21,862 nucleotides of DNA, taken from Rozella allomycis CSF55 (taxonomy: Eukaryota). The notes under the pieces are model-generated. The model worked only from the letters and a program-made list of their open reading frames with translations, was not told the DNA's origin and ran no database searches. Shown in pieces: positions 1 to 11,472 of the stretch (position 1 is its first letter; each line of letters opens with the position of its first letter). The stretch lies in assembly GCA_000442015.1 (NCBI GenBank), contig KE561161.1:62001-83862 (forward strand), given 5' to 3'. The position numbers and the translations under genes are program-made.

Positions 1-2
1 TT

Positions 3-974
3 TCTGATAGCGTCAATTTAGAGACAGCTATATCCTCAGACGCTCTTCGTTTGTCCGTGTTCATGATTCGTGACAAGAATGTTCCCGTTAGTTTAAACGA
101 GTTAATGCTAGTTTCTAAATTGAAAATGCATGAAAGAAAACCAAAATTTTACAGTTTTATTATGCGGGAATATTCTACTCAGTTCAAATATATGGATGCC
201 AAGACTAAATATGAGCAACTTTTAAAAATCGCTGAAAGCAAAATGCCGCAAAAATGGAAAATTATTCGAGATCTCTTGGACGAAGGCAATAAAAATAGCA
301 TGCTACTCCAAGCTAACTTCATGAGGGTCATCAAATTAGCGATACCCAATGCATCGGTTGAAAAGAATGGCCGTTTTATTTCAATTAATCAGCCTGGCAA
401 ACTGGATGAAAAATGGACTGATTCTCTCTCCAAGACTTTACTTTTATTGATTATGGAGGGCACACCAGCAAGACATGATCCCGTTAAGCTTTCATTAGCA
501 ACACATTCAATGAAGGCTGGTGATGAAACCACAGCTACATTACTACTATCTTACATTGCCACACCCGAGATCAAATCTATGGCAGTGGATGAAGCAATTC
601 GATTAAATCAATTTGATTTTTTCAACCATTTAGTTCATAAATACCACACGCCTATTAGTGCATTCGCTTTGACAAAATACTCAAGTTCCAACGATCTTTC
701 TGCAATACAAAACATTCAGTCAAAGTATTTTTCGGGATTCAAGAAGAAATCTGTCGATGAGCAGGTTAATGACTTGTTATACTTTGAGAAGACTCAGAAT
801 TGGAAATTCATTGATGCACTTTTAAATACAAAGAATAATTGGACCATTTTTGGCCAAAGAGATCTTCAGACACGCATATTAGATTCTTCTTTAACTAATC
901 AAGAAAAAAGAGAGATGTTATCAGTCTATATACAAAAGAAAAATGGGGCAGATGCCGCCGCAGATCGCAAATAA
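3..974 (+). CDS. Hypothetical protein, 5'-truncated at the window edge, no intron required
   Basis: The frame of ORF 51..974 is open back to base 3 (over 320 codons in AT-rich DNA). No family recognised. Confidence 0.7.
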   Translation, partial: SDSVNLETAISSDALRLSVFMIRDKNVPVSLNELMLVSKLKMHERKPKFYSFIMREYSTQFKYMDAKTKYEQLLKIAESKMPQKWKIIRDLLDEGNKNSMLLQANFMRVIKLAIPNASVEKNGRFISINQPGKLDEKWTDSLSKTLLLLIMEGTPARHDPVKLSLATHSMKAGDETTATLLLSYIATPEIKSMAVDEAIRLNQFDFFNHLVHKYHTPISAFALTKYSSSNDLSAIQNIQSKYFSGFKKKSVDEQVNDLLYFEKTQNWKFIDALLNTKNNWTIFGQRDLQTRILDSSLTNQEKREMLSVYIQKKNGADAAADRK

Positions 975-1131
975 ACTCCAATATTTAAATTAATAATTTA
1001 GTGTACAAAGTGTAGTGCATGTAACATTCTATGGTGTTTTAAGCCATTTGTCTAAAGTAAGATCATTTAAGCTTTTAGAGTCAACCCTCACGACCTAGTG
1101 TATATGGTTTTGCAATTCGCAAAATTCAAAA

Positions 1132-2720
1132 ATGAACTTTATTGACGACATCGTAATATCGTCTCCAGACAATATTATTTATGGCAGAAAGAGCGAAATA
1201 TTTATTAAAGTCAAATTTAAAAAGGAATTTGCCCAGCCATCTATAGAAAACTGTTTGTCGTTGGTCATAAACTCTGTTAGCATAACGTTGAATAAGCTTC
1301 CCTTAATATACGACATAACATCTTTAATGTCATTTAGCTATAAAAACTACAAAATCTCTTTTGAAAATGTGAAAGTTGACGAAAATGAACATTGTGTAAT
1401 TTTTCCAGTGATTTTAAGGATATGTAAGCAAACACTCACTATGTTTGATATCAGATCCATCATTGTCAAGTTATTATGGTTCACTTGTTAATATAAATTT
1501 TCAATTGTCGAAGGATGAAAAGTCTGAAACAGCCCTTGAAAATGAACTCAAGCATGCAAGCAAAAATAATATGATAATGAAAATATTAGAATCCAATGAT
1601 TGTAACAGATGATTTATTTATGTGAGAAAGATTTGTCGTTATCAATAAAAGAGAAAAATAGGCGGCCTAGCGTGAATCCCAACGAAAACATTGGGAACTC
1701 ACTTTTTAAAAGGATTATATCTCAAAACATATCCATATCAGCTCCATTTTATGCCCAATTTTACTTTAACAAAGTAGGCATTGATTCGGTCATAGCCACA
1801 ATTGTTATCAATCACAATCCAAAAGTCCAATTGCCGATAGTAATAAAGAGTTTAGACTTGAAAATATTAAATATTAAAAGAAAAAATATTGATTCCGGTA
1901 AAAAGACGACTGATGATTGTTTTCTCATTTCTAAAATAGAAGTATGTTTTTATGCACCATTCGACAAGGAAATCACACCTTTTGTATTAGATAAGTGTGA
2001 CTATAGCGCTTTGTTTAAAATTTCTCTAATTTCTGATTTTGTTTCGGATTCTTTGTTTTCCAACGACAATGATTTTCATGCACTGCTTCATGTCATTGGA
2101 AGCGATTTTGATTTGACTCTTGAAAAATCCATTGATCTCACAGAAATGTTTCACCAAAGGCGAATAAACGATATCTCTGTCTCATTTTCGCGTAAATTGC
2201 ACTCTAGCTGTTAAAAAGTTGCCGAGAAGAGGATTGTTGTCGGAAAAGTTTTCACATTGCATGTTTTTATTGTAAACCAAAGTGAATCATGTAAAAGATT
2301 TACAATCATTATTCCTTCATCTTTCTTCAATTCCACGTAAGGTATGAAAATGCTAATCGCTCTAGAAATACGAATTCACACGTTAATGAGTTGATGGAAG
2401 GAAAGAGCAATGCGATTTTTAAAAGTGATGCAGGTAATTAATATCTTGTGTTACAATTAGAAATGCTTCAAGATGTGTACCTTTCTGAAGGACCGAAGAC
2501 AAATGTGTTTTGTTTAGAAACCGAGAGTAGCGTAGGGTAATTTATATAAATGAGATATAAAAGAATCTTAAACCCCAATGAATGCTCTCAAGTGAACTTG
2601 CATTTTATTTGTGTAAAGGAAGATTTACAATCTATTGAGAGGATTCAATTGAAAGATGAGGACTCTGGAGATGTAGTAGAATTTTCTCGTGTATTAGAAT
2701 TTATGGTAGAAAGTGATTAG
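1132..2720 (+). CDS. TRAPP complex Trs65/TRAPPC13-14-like subunit (7 exons)
   Basis: GT-AG introns 1424-1454, 1602-1630, 2192-2218, 2337-2365, 2434-2460 and 2537-2563 join into one frame ending TAG 2718-2720. The C-terminus (VSFSL..IVVGKVFTLHVFIVNQS ... VFCLETESSVGILNPNECSQVNLHFICVK..IERIQLKD) resembles the Trs65-type Ig-like domain. Confidence 0.55.
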
Positions 2721-2776
2721 AAAAATAAATTTTTGAATTGTCATTATGTAATCCCTTTTAGGGAAATCCTAGCCAC

Positions 2777-3499
2777 ATGTTTCTTTCACGATCAGTTTTA
2801 AGACGTAATGCAGTAACTCCTATGAGACAGTTACTCTCTTTAAATTTTCATAATTCGCCTAGACTATCTTTATTTTTTTCAGGAAAGCCCGAGGAACAAC
2901 CATTAAAAGCGAAAATGGAGGAAAAGAATGACGATAAAAAGACCAATGAACCAGTAGAAAATAAGCCGACTGAATCCGCTTCGCGCCAAGAACTAGAACA
3001 GAAAAAGTCTGAAGAAGTTACTAGTAAAGAAGATCCTAGGGACAAGAAGATTGAAGAATTGACTAATAAATTCAGAATGACATTGGCGGATATGGAAAAT
3101 CTTAGAAACAGGACCAAGCGAGAAGTCCAAGATGCTTCATTGTTTGCAAGTCAAAAGTTTGTCAAAGACTTGCTAGCTGTCGCCGATGTTTTGGAAATGG
3201 CGATATCAGCAGTACCAGAAGAGCATAGAAACGATGATAAAAATCCACATTTGAAAAACTTGTATCAAGGGTTAGAGACTACTAGACGTGAATTGCTAAC
3301 AATCTTCAAAAGGCATGGAGTGGAAATGTATGAACCACTTAACGAGGCATTTAATCCCAACTTGCATAATGCATTATTTCAAATTCCTTCTAAAGATAAA
3401 CCCGAGGGAACGATTTTAGTTGTAGAAAAGAAGGGATGCCTACTTCATGGACGAGTGATCAGACCTGCCAATGTAGGTGTAGCTAAAAAAGCAGAATAA
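2777..3499 (+). CDS. MGE1: Mitochondrial GrpE nucleotide exchange factor (Mge1)
   Basis: LADMENLRNRTKRE, FVKDLLAVADVLE, FNPNLHNALF, KGCLLHGRVIRPANVGV are GrpE motifs. Arg/Ser-rich N-terminal targeting peptide. Confidence 0.95.
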   Translation: MFLSRSVLRRNAVTPMRQLLSLNFHNSPRLSLFFSGKPEEQPLKAKMEEKNDDKKTNEPVENKPTESASRQELEQKKSEEVTSKEDPRDKKIEELTNKFRMTLADMENLRNRTKREVQDASLFASQKFVKDLLAVADVLEMAISAVPEEHRNDDKNPHLKNLYQGLETTRRELLTIFKRHGVEMYEPLNEAFNPNLHNALFQIPSKDKPEGTILVVEKKGCLLHGRVIRPANVGVAKKAE

Positions 3500-3554
3500 A
3501 GCAATTGTTAAATGTACTATCCAAATTTAGTTTATTTATTATTAGATTAACCGT

Positions 3555-4414
3555 TTATTCTTTGGTCTCTTTGTTTTCTGATGACTTTGTTTGAATTGAC
3601 GGGAGGGGATTTTTGTCTTCAGAAATTTCAGGATAATATTCTCTTATTGGTTGACTCTTTTGAGCCAAGGGGGTAACATTTGGCCTTGTTGGAGTGTAGT
3701 GAGAATTATTGGAATACATTCCTTGATAATTGAAATTGGAAGGCGTCGATGGCTGCGCAGAGCGTTGATGATAAGAATAATGCAATGGATGAGACTGTTG
3801 ATGAGGTGATTGTTGGAAAGATGAGCTATTTAGAGGAATTTGAGACGTTGCTTGAATTGGAGATTGATAGTAAGGACGAGATACAACTGGCCTTGGGGTA
3901 TTTGAATATTGTGGAAGTCTTAGTGGCTGCCTAACTTGAGCTTGGCTAAGCGATTGGGTTGACGGCTGAGTAGCGGATGAAATGCCCCCTGCAGTATTTG
4001 GGGCATGATAAGAATCAAATGGCCGTCCAAGGCTTTGTGGGGCTCTCTGGTTGGTTAAAAGAGACAATTTAAAGAAATTTGGATTAATATCGATTGGAGC
4101 AGGAGTTGCATGGCTATTTTTACTAAACAAGAAAATTACCTTCCCTGGCCTTGCCTTAAATAAGCGATTCTTTGGCGCGCAATTTCGTGTGTAGAATCTT
4201 GATCAAGAGCCTTTTGATAAGCGTCTAAAGCATCGTTGACTTGATTGTTGCAAGATTCATATAAAACACCCAAGTTAAACCAAACTTCAAAGATAAACGG
4301 AGAAATGTGGATGGCCCTGCTGTAGGCGTCCAACGAGTCACGAAACTGGCCAATCTTGTGGTAAAGAATCCCAATGCTGCACCAGTACGCTGGATTTCTA
4401 CTGTCACGATAAAC
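3555..4414 (-). CDS. CYC8: Cyc8/Ssn6 TPR co-repressor, 3' part only (last TPRs plus Q/P/S-rich tail); 5' part lost at the N at 4416
   Basis: VYRDSRNPAYWCSIGILYHKIGQFRDSLDAYSRAIHISPFIFEVWFNLGVLYESCNNQVNDALDAY matches the final TPRs of Ssn6/Cyc8. 26-nt GT-AG intron 4114-4139 links to ORF 3555..4130. Confidence 0.88.
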
Positions 4415-4415
4415 A

Positions 4416-4416
4416 N
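4416..4416. other. Single N, probable assembly or scaffold junction
   Basis: Cyc8 homology stops exactly at the N and an in-frame stop (4430-4432) lies just beyond it. Confidence 0.8.
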
Positions 4417-4463
4417 TAATTTTAAAACCCTAATTCCGACCAATCATCATAGAATATCTCCCC

Positions 4464-4492
4464 GTCCAGTTAACAAGCACTGCGAGACTTGT
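4464..4492 (+). repeat. Dispersed ~30-bp repeat, copy 1
   Basis: GTCCAGTTAACAAGCACTGCGAGACTTGT; 4470-4492 is 22/23 identical to the reverse complement of 15903-15925. Confidence 0.7.
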
Positions 4493-4626
4493 ATTAATAT
4501 TTCCCGTTTTAGCTGACAAGGATGAATTAAGAACCAAAAGGGTTTCAATTTTGACAATTGGGTAAGCTCAAGACTTGAAGTCAAGGTATTAAATGTACTT
4601 AGGAAGCAATAATTCATTCACAAATC

Positions 4627-5657
4627 ATGATGTGTGTTTTCAGGTGGATTTATATAATTTTAATATTCTACAAAGATCTGTGCTCACCTAACGTGATTGA
4701 CAATATAACAAATCTTGATATCCCTGTACAATATATTTAAAAATATTTTAGTTCATTTATCCATTTCATATGATACCTTATTGTCAGCATGAAGAGTATG
4801 AGGCAATCGAAAAGTTGGGTGAAGGAGGTTTCGGATCAGTTTACAAGGTGATTAACGTAAGGACCAGGAGAATATACGCCATGAAAACGACTACCGCCTT
4901 AAACAAAGAAAACTTGGATTCAATTTCTCAGTCATTTTACCGTGATGTTCGCGCACTGCATATGATGAATGATACATTTGTCACTCCGAACATTTATTGT
5001 TTCAACAATGAAGGACCGAGATATTATTTTATCATGGACTATATACCAGGAAAAAGCCTTAAACATGTTCCAAATACCCTAGTTAATGTAAGAAATGCTT
5101 TAAGTAAACTTGCGATGTCTATAAATGAGCTACATCAGCGCGGCTTGATTTGGCTTGATGTGAAAATGGATAATATAATATATTATGAAGGGAATATTAA
5201 GATTGTAGATTTTGGATTTTCTGTGACAAAGGACGATGGGCCTTCAATAATAGGTGGAACAGTCATGTATCTTTCCCCTGAACACCTAAAGTACTTCAGA
5301 ATGGATAGAAAAAAACTTATGCCAACGTCCGTTTTCGATGAATCGAGCGACTGGTTTTCATATGGCGTCATATTCTATATCTTGAATGGGCGGTTATTAA
5401 ATAATGGCAAGCGTTACTATCCTTACGAGGTTATAGATGAGACTTCCATTGAACCATTATACACAAAGGATGAAGACTACATCAAAGTCTACAGGTGGAT
5501 TCAGACAAAGCCTGAAGGGTATGACAATGATGCATGGAATTTGAGCAGAATTTTTTTGTTTCAAGACAAAAGAATACGTTTTGGGTCAAAACTTGTCCCC
5601 TACAATATATATGACCTTTTGAATCATCCGTATTTTAAACTGCGAAATAAATACTAA
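4627..5657 (+). CDS. Divergent Ser/Thr protein kinase with putative N-terminal signal peptide
   Basis: GEGGFGSVYK, AMK, WLDVKMDN, DFG, GTVMYLSPE, SDWFSYG. Exon 4627-4725 (MMCVFRWIYIILIFYKDLCSPN..) joins in phase 0 through 26-nt GT-AG intron 4726-4751. The kinase call is firm; the first exon is less certain. Confidence 0.85.
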
Positions 5658-6185
5658 TGTACTTTTTAATTTTTTGAATCTACCACATTTTAACATTGAT
5701 TATTTGATTATTGAGAAAGGGGAAACAAATTGTAAAATTGCCTTGACTATGAGGTGAAAGTTTTGGGACATATAAAGCATCACCCACATGGATTGGAACA
5801 TAGTGGTATGAACCTGAAAATTTAGAAGCCGAAGACCATTCGATGTATTTTTTTATGATTATTTAATTAAAAGTTTATTAGATAGAAAAAGTGACATTCA
5901 TGAAGCGCTTTGTGACTCATTTAATACACCACTTGTTATGAGAGCGTTACTTGACATTATTTCTCAATGCAATGTTTACATAAAAGAAACTCCAAAGTCT
6001 TCAGTTTATCCATTAAAGGAATGTGCTGATTTTGTTACAAGAATTTGCAAAGTAAACAATAAAGCTAAATTAAAAAAAGATATTTGGGGTGATTGAGACA
6101 AGAGAAACTATTGGATTTCCTGTCCAAACGTCTTCTATTTTAGAATTTTAGATTTTGATTTTTTTTCCATTTTGACCCTTGTTAA

Positions 6186-7547
6186 ATGACGAACCAAGTT
6201 CCGTACAAAGTAGCAGATATTGGGTTGGCTGATTATGGGCGCAAAGAAATAGAAATTGCAGAAAATGAAATGCCAGGACTTGTTGAGCTTCGTAAGAAAT
6301 ATGGTTCTAGTAAGCCACTGAGTGGTGCTCGTATTGCTGGTTGTTTGCACATGACTATCCAAACCGCTGTATTAATTGAGACCTTGGTTGACCTTGGAGC
6401 TGAAGTTACATGGTCAAGCTGCAACATATTTTCCACGCAAGATCATGCAGCTGCGGCTATTGCAGCAGCTGGTATTCCAGTATATGCATGGAAAGGAGAA
6501 ACCGATGATGAATATCTTTGGTGTATTGAGCAAACTTTGAAGGGATTCAAAGATGGAAAAGCCTTGAATATGATACTTGATGATGGTGGTGACTTGACCA
6601 GACTTGTCCATGATAAGTACCCAGAGCTATTGAAAGATATTAAAGGAATCAGTGAGGAAACTACCACTGGGGTGCATCACTTGTATAAAATGGTAAAATT
6701 TAATTAAATGATAAGAATAGATGAAAGATGGGTCATTGAAAGTGCCAGCTATTAATGTAAATGATTCTGTGACCAAGAGTAAATTCGATAACCTTTACGG
6801 ATGTCGTGAATCTTTGATAGATGGAATCAAAAGAGCCACTGATGTAATGATCGCTGGGAAAGTCTGTATTGTCGCTGGCTATGGAGATGTTGGCAAAGGA
6901 TGTTGTGCGGCTCTTAAAGGGATGGGAGCGCGTGTAATTGTGACTGAGATTGACCCAATCAATGCACTTCAAGCTGCTATGGAAGGGTACGAAGTGACTA
7001 CGATGGATGAAGCTGCAAAGGAAGGAAACATTTTTGTTACAACGACTGGTTGTAGAGACATTGTTACAGGAGATCATTTTTCTGTCATGAAAGATGATTC
7101 AATTGTTTGCAACATTGGTCACTTTGATGTTGAAATCGACGTTGCATGGCTAAAGAAAAATGCCACTGGCTGCGTCAATGTGAAGCCTCAAGTGGATCGC
7201 TACACTTTGCCAAACGGGAGAAGAATCATCCTTCTTGCTGAAGGTAGACTTGTCAACTTGGGATGTGCAACTGGCCATCCTTCTTTTGTTATGAGCAACT
7301 CTTTCTCCAATCAAGTTTTGGCTCAAATTGCTCTTTGGACGGATTCCTCCAAATTCCCTATCGGAGTTCACATGTTGCCTAAAAAAGTATTTTCTTAATT
7401 CATAAATTATTCTAGTTGGACGAAGAAGTCGCTTTGGCTCATTTGTCAAAGTTGGGTGTTAAATTGACAAAGCTAACAAATGTTCAAGCTGAATATCTCG
7501 GCCTCGCACCTGAAGGTCCATTCAAACCTGAACACTATCGCTACTAA
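6186..7547 (+). CDS. SAH1: S-adenosylhomocysteine hydrolase
   Basis: [53 protein letters not shown]. Introns 6693-6720 (28 nt) and 7387-7415 (29 nt). Confidence 0.98.
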
Positions 7548-7611
7548 TACTAATAAATTCCAAGACTGCTAAATTTTTATTTTATTACTTTTTATTATTG
7601 CATTTAGAACT

Positions 7612-8395
7612 TTAGACGAATTTGCTTCTCACATCCAAAATCTTATCAAAATTTACTATTATGCATACTTGAAAGTATTCTTGTTCCCTCATCGAGTACA
7701 TAAAGTCCGAAGGTATCTTGTCTTCTTTTATCATCTTTTGTGAATCTATGCCTTCAATATTTAATGTCTCGCTTTGAAGATAGCATTCAACGTGATCAAC
7801 GCTAATACATAAACGTGTTATTTGCAACTTTCTATCGAAATTCATGGTACTCCTACATCTATATGAAATCAAACAATCTTCCAATTTATATTTACCTTTT
7901 CTCGCTTTGTGATTCGTGTAATGTCTTTCTCGAATGTAGATATTGCGTACGATTCTTCATCTTGATCAGATTCTATAAGATTCACTTTAATATTTTTCAG
8001 GGTCCAGTCGTATTTATTGGTTTTTGATCTACATGCAAAAAACTCATAAAAAAAGTAAGGAATCTTTGGGCTTTCAATCTCAATGTCATCTTTTCCTCAC
8101 AGTTAAATGAACTTACAGTTATGTATTTTATCATTAGTAGTTATTCTTAGTTTGGCATTTTTACAAAAGTATGTGTTAAACATATTGTGCCAGTGGTAAA
8201 GATCTGGGAACTTTGATATCTAATCGTATGCAATCTTACCTTTGTGCAGTCAAATGTTTCACAGCGGTATTTATATATTTGGTTCACTACTAGAAACGCA
8301 TTTCTTTCCCCTAAATGGTTAAAAGCAGTTTTTGCTAAAGTCATGTGAATAAATTTCACAGATAAGTTCGGCAGGGGTGGGCCATGGTTTGCCAT
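7612..8395 (-). CDS. LIM-domain-binding (Ldb1/Adn1/Mfg1-like) domain protein, 5 exons
   Basis: Introns 8211-8239, 8090-8116, 7870-7895 (GT-TG) and 7642-7668 give one frame: LYHWHNMFNTYFCKNAKLRI..YDIEIESPKIPYFFYEFF..MNFDRKLQITRLCISVDHVECYL..KIPSDFM, resembling LIM_bind family blocks (recognised by eye). Confidence 0.55.
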
Positions 8396-8680
8396 TAGAT
8401 CCAATGAGAGGTGCCAAGTAAAGAACCAAATACCAATTATAAAATTATACTTTACTCTCTATCCAGATTCCAGATTGAAACAGTGACGAAATTAACCACA
8501 AGCCATTGTCAAAGTGTATATGACAAGTGACAAAGTATGCAAAAATGTAAAATTGCATTAAACTGGATAAAATCAAAAAAAGGAGTGTCTGCTAATTGAT
8601 TCTCAAATAAATCGATCAATTCACGTTGATTGTGGATGTCATGTGACATTGATCATTTGTAAATTTCCTGGTCCTGATTC

Positions 8681-9171
8681 ATGACGCTGAAAAATGGATT
8701 TTTGCTGGGTATAGTGATTAAAATTATCTCTCAAAAGTAAGAACAGTCGATTTTATCCACGAGAGAAAGTATGTAGCTAGAATTATATTCAGAAACACCA
8801 GTGATCATTCAAACTATTTGCTGAACATTTTTACCCAGAACGCTTTGGCGCTGCATCAAGATTTGGAAAATTATATTCTGGGAAAGTTGGTTTTACTTGA
8901 AAAATATCTGTTTAGGAATATTTATTTGTATTGGAAACTAAAGCATTTCCCTTGTTCAACGGAGAGACAAAAGATTCCATGGGCCACTCATCTAAATTTT
9001 GATACCAGTAATATTGAAATCTGTGGGTCTTCCAAATTGCGCATAGATATTACAGATTCCGTATCCGGGAGTCAGGGTCAAACTGAGCTGCGGAATTTTC
9101 GACTTACTAATTTTGAAAAGGATTTAGAAAATGCATTGAACTTGATGGTTCTTTGTTTGAAAAATAAATAA
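8681..9171 (+). CDS. Hypothetical protein
   Basis: ATG 8681 plus 29-nt GT-AG intron 8709-8737 joins in frame to the open frame containing ORF 8818..9171. No family recognised. Confidence 0.4.
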
Positions 9172-9230
9172 ATAAACTACGAATATGAATATATGGTGCT
9201 ATATAATATGTAATTAAATAGAACAAAATT

Positions 9231-11472
9231 TTATCGATCATTAAATTTATGAGGATTCCAACAAAGGTTCTCTGGATTAACTCTAAGTTGAGGCTTTAGA
9301 TTAAACTTTTTTAAAGAATTTTCGATCTCTTCTGTGTCAATCTCAATGTAGAACTCTGGTGGCCCGTCTACGCTCGCCTCAGATACTCTTAGCATATTAC
9401 AATTTTCTAATGCGCTGACAACGTCATCATTTGTCATTCCAGTCAAGGAAGATATTTCTATTTCGCTAAAAAACAATATCGTACGTGTTATTGTTGTAGG
9501 TTCACGCACATCGCTTATGGCTTCTAAAACTCTCTGCTTCCAAAATTTCCTGTAACTTATTAGACCTAAATCACTTAATGGTTTCTCAGGGGTTCCAAGT
9601 ACACCTTCAACTGACGACAGCAGATAGCTAAATTCGATGAGGAAATTTCCATATCCTTTTCTTTGATACGTTGGCATAGTCAAAATACAAGATACGTTGA
9701 AATTAGATGCTGAACATTTTTCCTGTGAATAAAGCGCACCATGAACTCTTACTTTTGAAAAGTAGCCCACAAAATGGCAGCCTTCGTTATCCCATTCGGT
9801 TAAAATATAAAATAGAAAAGGCTCTACGTCATAATAAAGAGTCTTGTGATCTAGAAACATTTTGGCGAACAGACATAAATTTTGACAGTAGATCTTTCGT
9901 AAGTTACACATGCCCTTACTTTATTGGTGGATCCATTAACTTCAAAAATAGATAATGAATCATGTCGATATATTTCGTCCCCGGGCGGATGGTTGCATTT
10001 GCATTTTACCATGTGACGAACGAGGACGACATAAGATTTCATGTATTTGAAGCAATACTCACAAATATACAAGATCCCATTGTGTGTTATATATTCCTCT
10101 GGATACGGCGCACTATACCAGGGATCAATTTCATACTTCCCAAATAGAATTGTTCTAATGCGATTGGGCGTAATTTGAGGGGTATGATTAGCTGCACTCA
10201 AATATGGTAAAGGTATATTTCTTGTTAAACCAGTTTGCAAAGAGTTGAAAGATGAAGGATTTCTAAAAAATCCAAGCGGTATTTGAGGAAAAGACGACTG
10301 TCCGCCCTGAATAGGAAACTTTGCCAGACTTGAATTTGCTACAATACTATTATGTTGAACGTTTGGTTTAAATGCATCTGATGCAAAACCGTTGAAGGTT
10401 GGCATCGTCTTGAAAGGATTCATGAAAGGATTATGGGCTACAATGCTAGGTGCACTAGTCTTATTAGAGTTTTCTACTTCTCTTTGTTTTGCCCTTGAGT
10501 CGGATAATTTGAATTTCATAATATCATCGTTTTCCGGTCGACACTTTGACGTATCTGCTTGAGTTGCAGAAAGAGCCCCTTGCATCATATGATATATATC
10601 ATCACAAGTAACTAATTTCTTTTTAGCCATTTCTGAAGCTGATCTTCGTGATATTGGGGTTCCTTCTATTATTATCGAGGTCTTTCTAGGAGTATTTCTT
10701 GAGGGCACTATAAGCTCAGACGGGATCTGCGCGGTAGTCTTTGAAGGTCGGCCTCTTTTTCTTTTAAACATAATTTTTCCGTTTTCATTGTGAATGACTT
10801 CCATATTCTTTAAACCGAAAGTTTCACCTTCAATTGTGGTCGTTCCCAAAAAATTCTTCTTTAAAGGAAGAGTGACGATAAGATTCTTCAAAGTAGTTTT
10901 ACTAAGTCTCGATTCATTTATCGTTTTGAGACTCTCCGGTAGAACGTTTTCTCCATTTACCATTTTACCCAAAAGTTGCGACTTCCAATATTCATCTTGT
11001 TCATTAACAACTGATTTTGGTAATAATAATTCACGCCCATTTTTATCTCTGATACAACAAAATGCGCAACTATTTTGGCCTTCTATTTTCTGAGAACAAG
11101 AAGGGTCATTGTGGAACGCTCTATCACAACCAGGGCATAAAATAGCATCTTCCTTTTTTTCTGTTTATCAAATATCATTTACCAAAGAAATATACTTTCC
11201 GCATTTACTACAGGTTTTACAAAGAGAACATTCCCAGCTATATTCTACTAACCTCTCTTTGCAACAATTTCTGAATCTATCGTCCGACAAAGAATCTATA
11301 GAAGGCTTGATAAAATTTTACATGTTGAGTCACATCCACTGCATTTTAGGTTTGGAGCCAAGAAATCAGCTAACTCAATATTACTATCGCCTGCGCGTTT
11401 TTCAGCATACTCGGGGAATTTTATATTCTGAGAAACATTTATATTTGCGTTTTCCTCCTCTGATGAGGTCAT
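9231..11472 (-). CDS. MYST-family histone acetyltransferase (Sas3/KAT6-like) with N-terminal PHD module and AT-hook
   Basis: [78 protein letters not shown]-terminal [23 protein letters not shown] and KRKRGRP. Introns 11296-11321, 11153-11182, 9894-9919, 9723-9752, 9458-9484. Confidence 0.92.

Noticed and set aside
5913-5919. TGACTCA (Gcn4/AP-1-like site) upstream of SAH1
   Set aside because: A single 7-mer is expected by chance in a window this size; no supporting conservation.
6135-7449. Several antisense ORFs over SAH1 (and similar ones over MGE1, MYST, septin and DPH5)
   Set aside because: Shadow frames of well-supported genes with no recognisable protein features.
8770-8793. 24-nt GT-AG segment that would break the 26-nt floor
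   Set aside because: It is in frame and stop-free, so no intron is required there; cannot be supported without transcripts.
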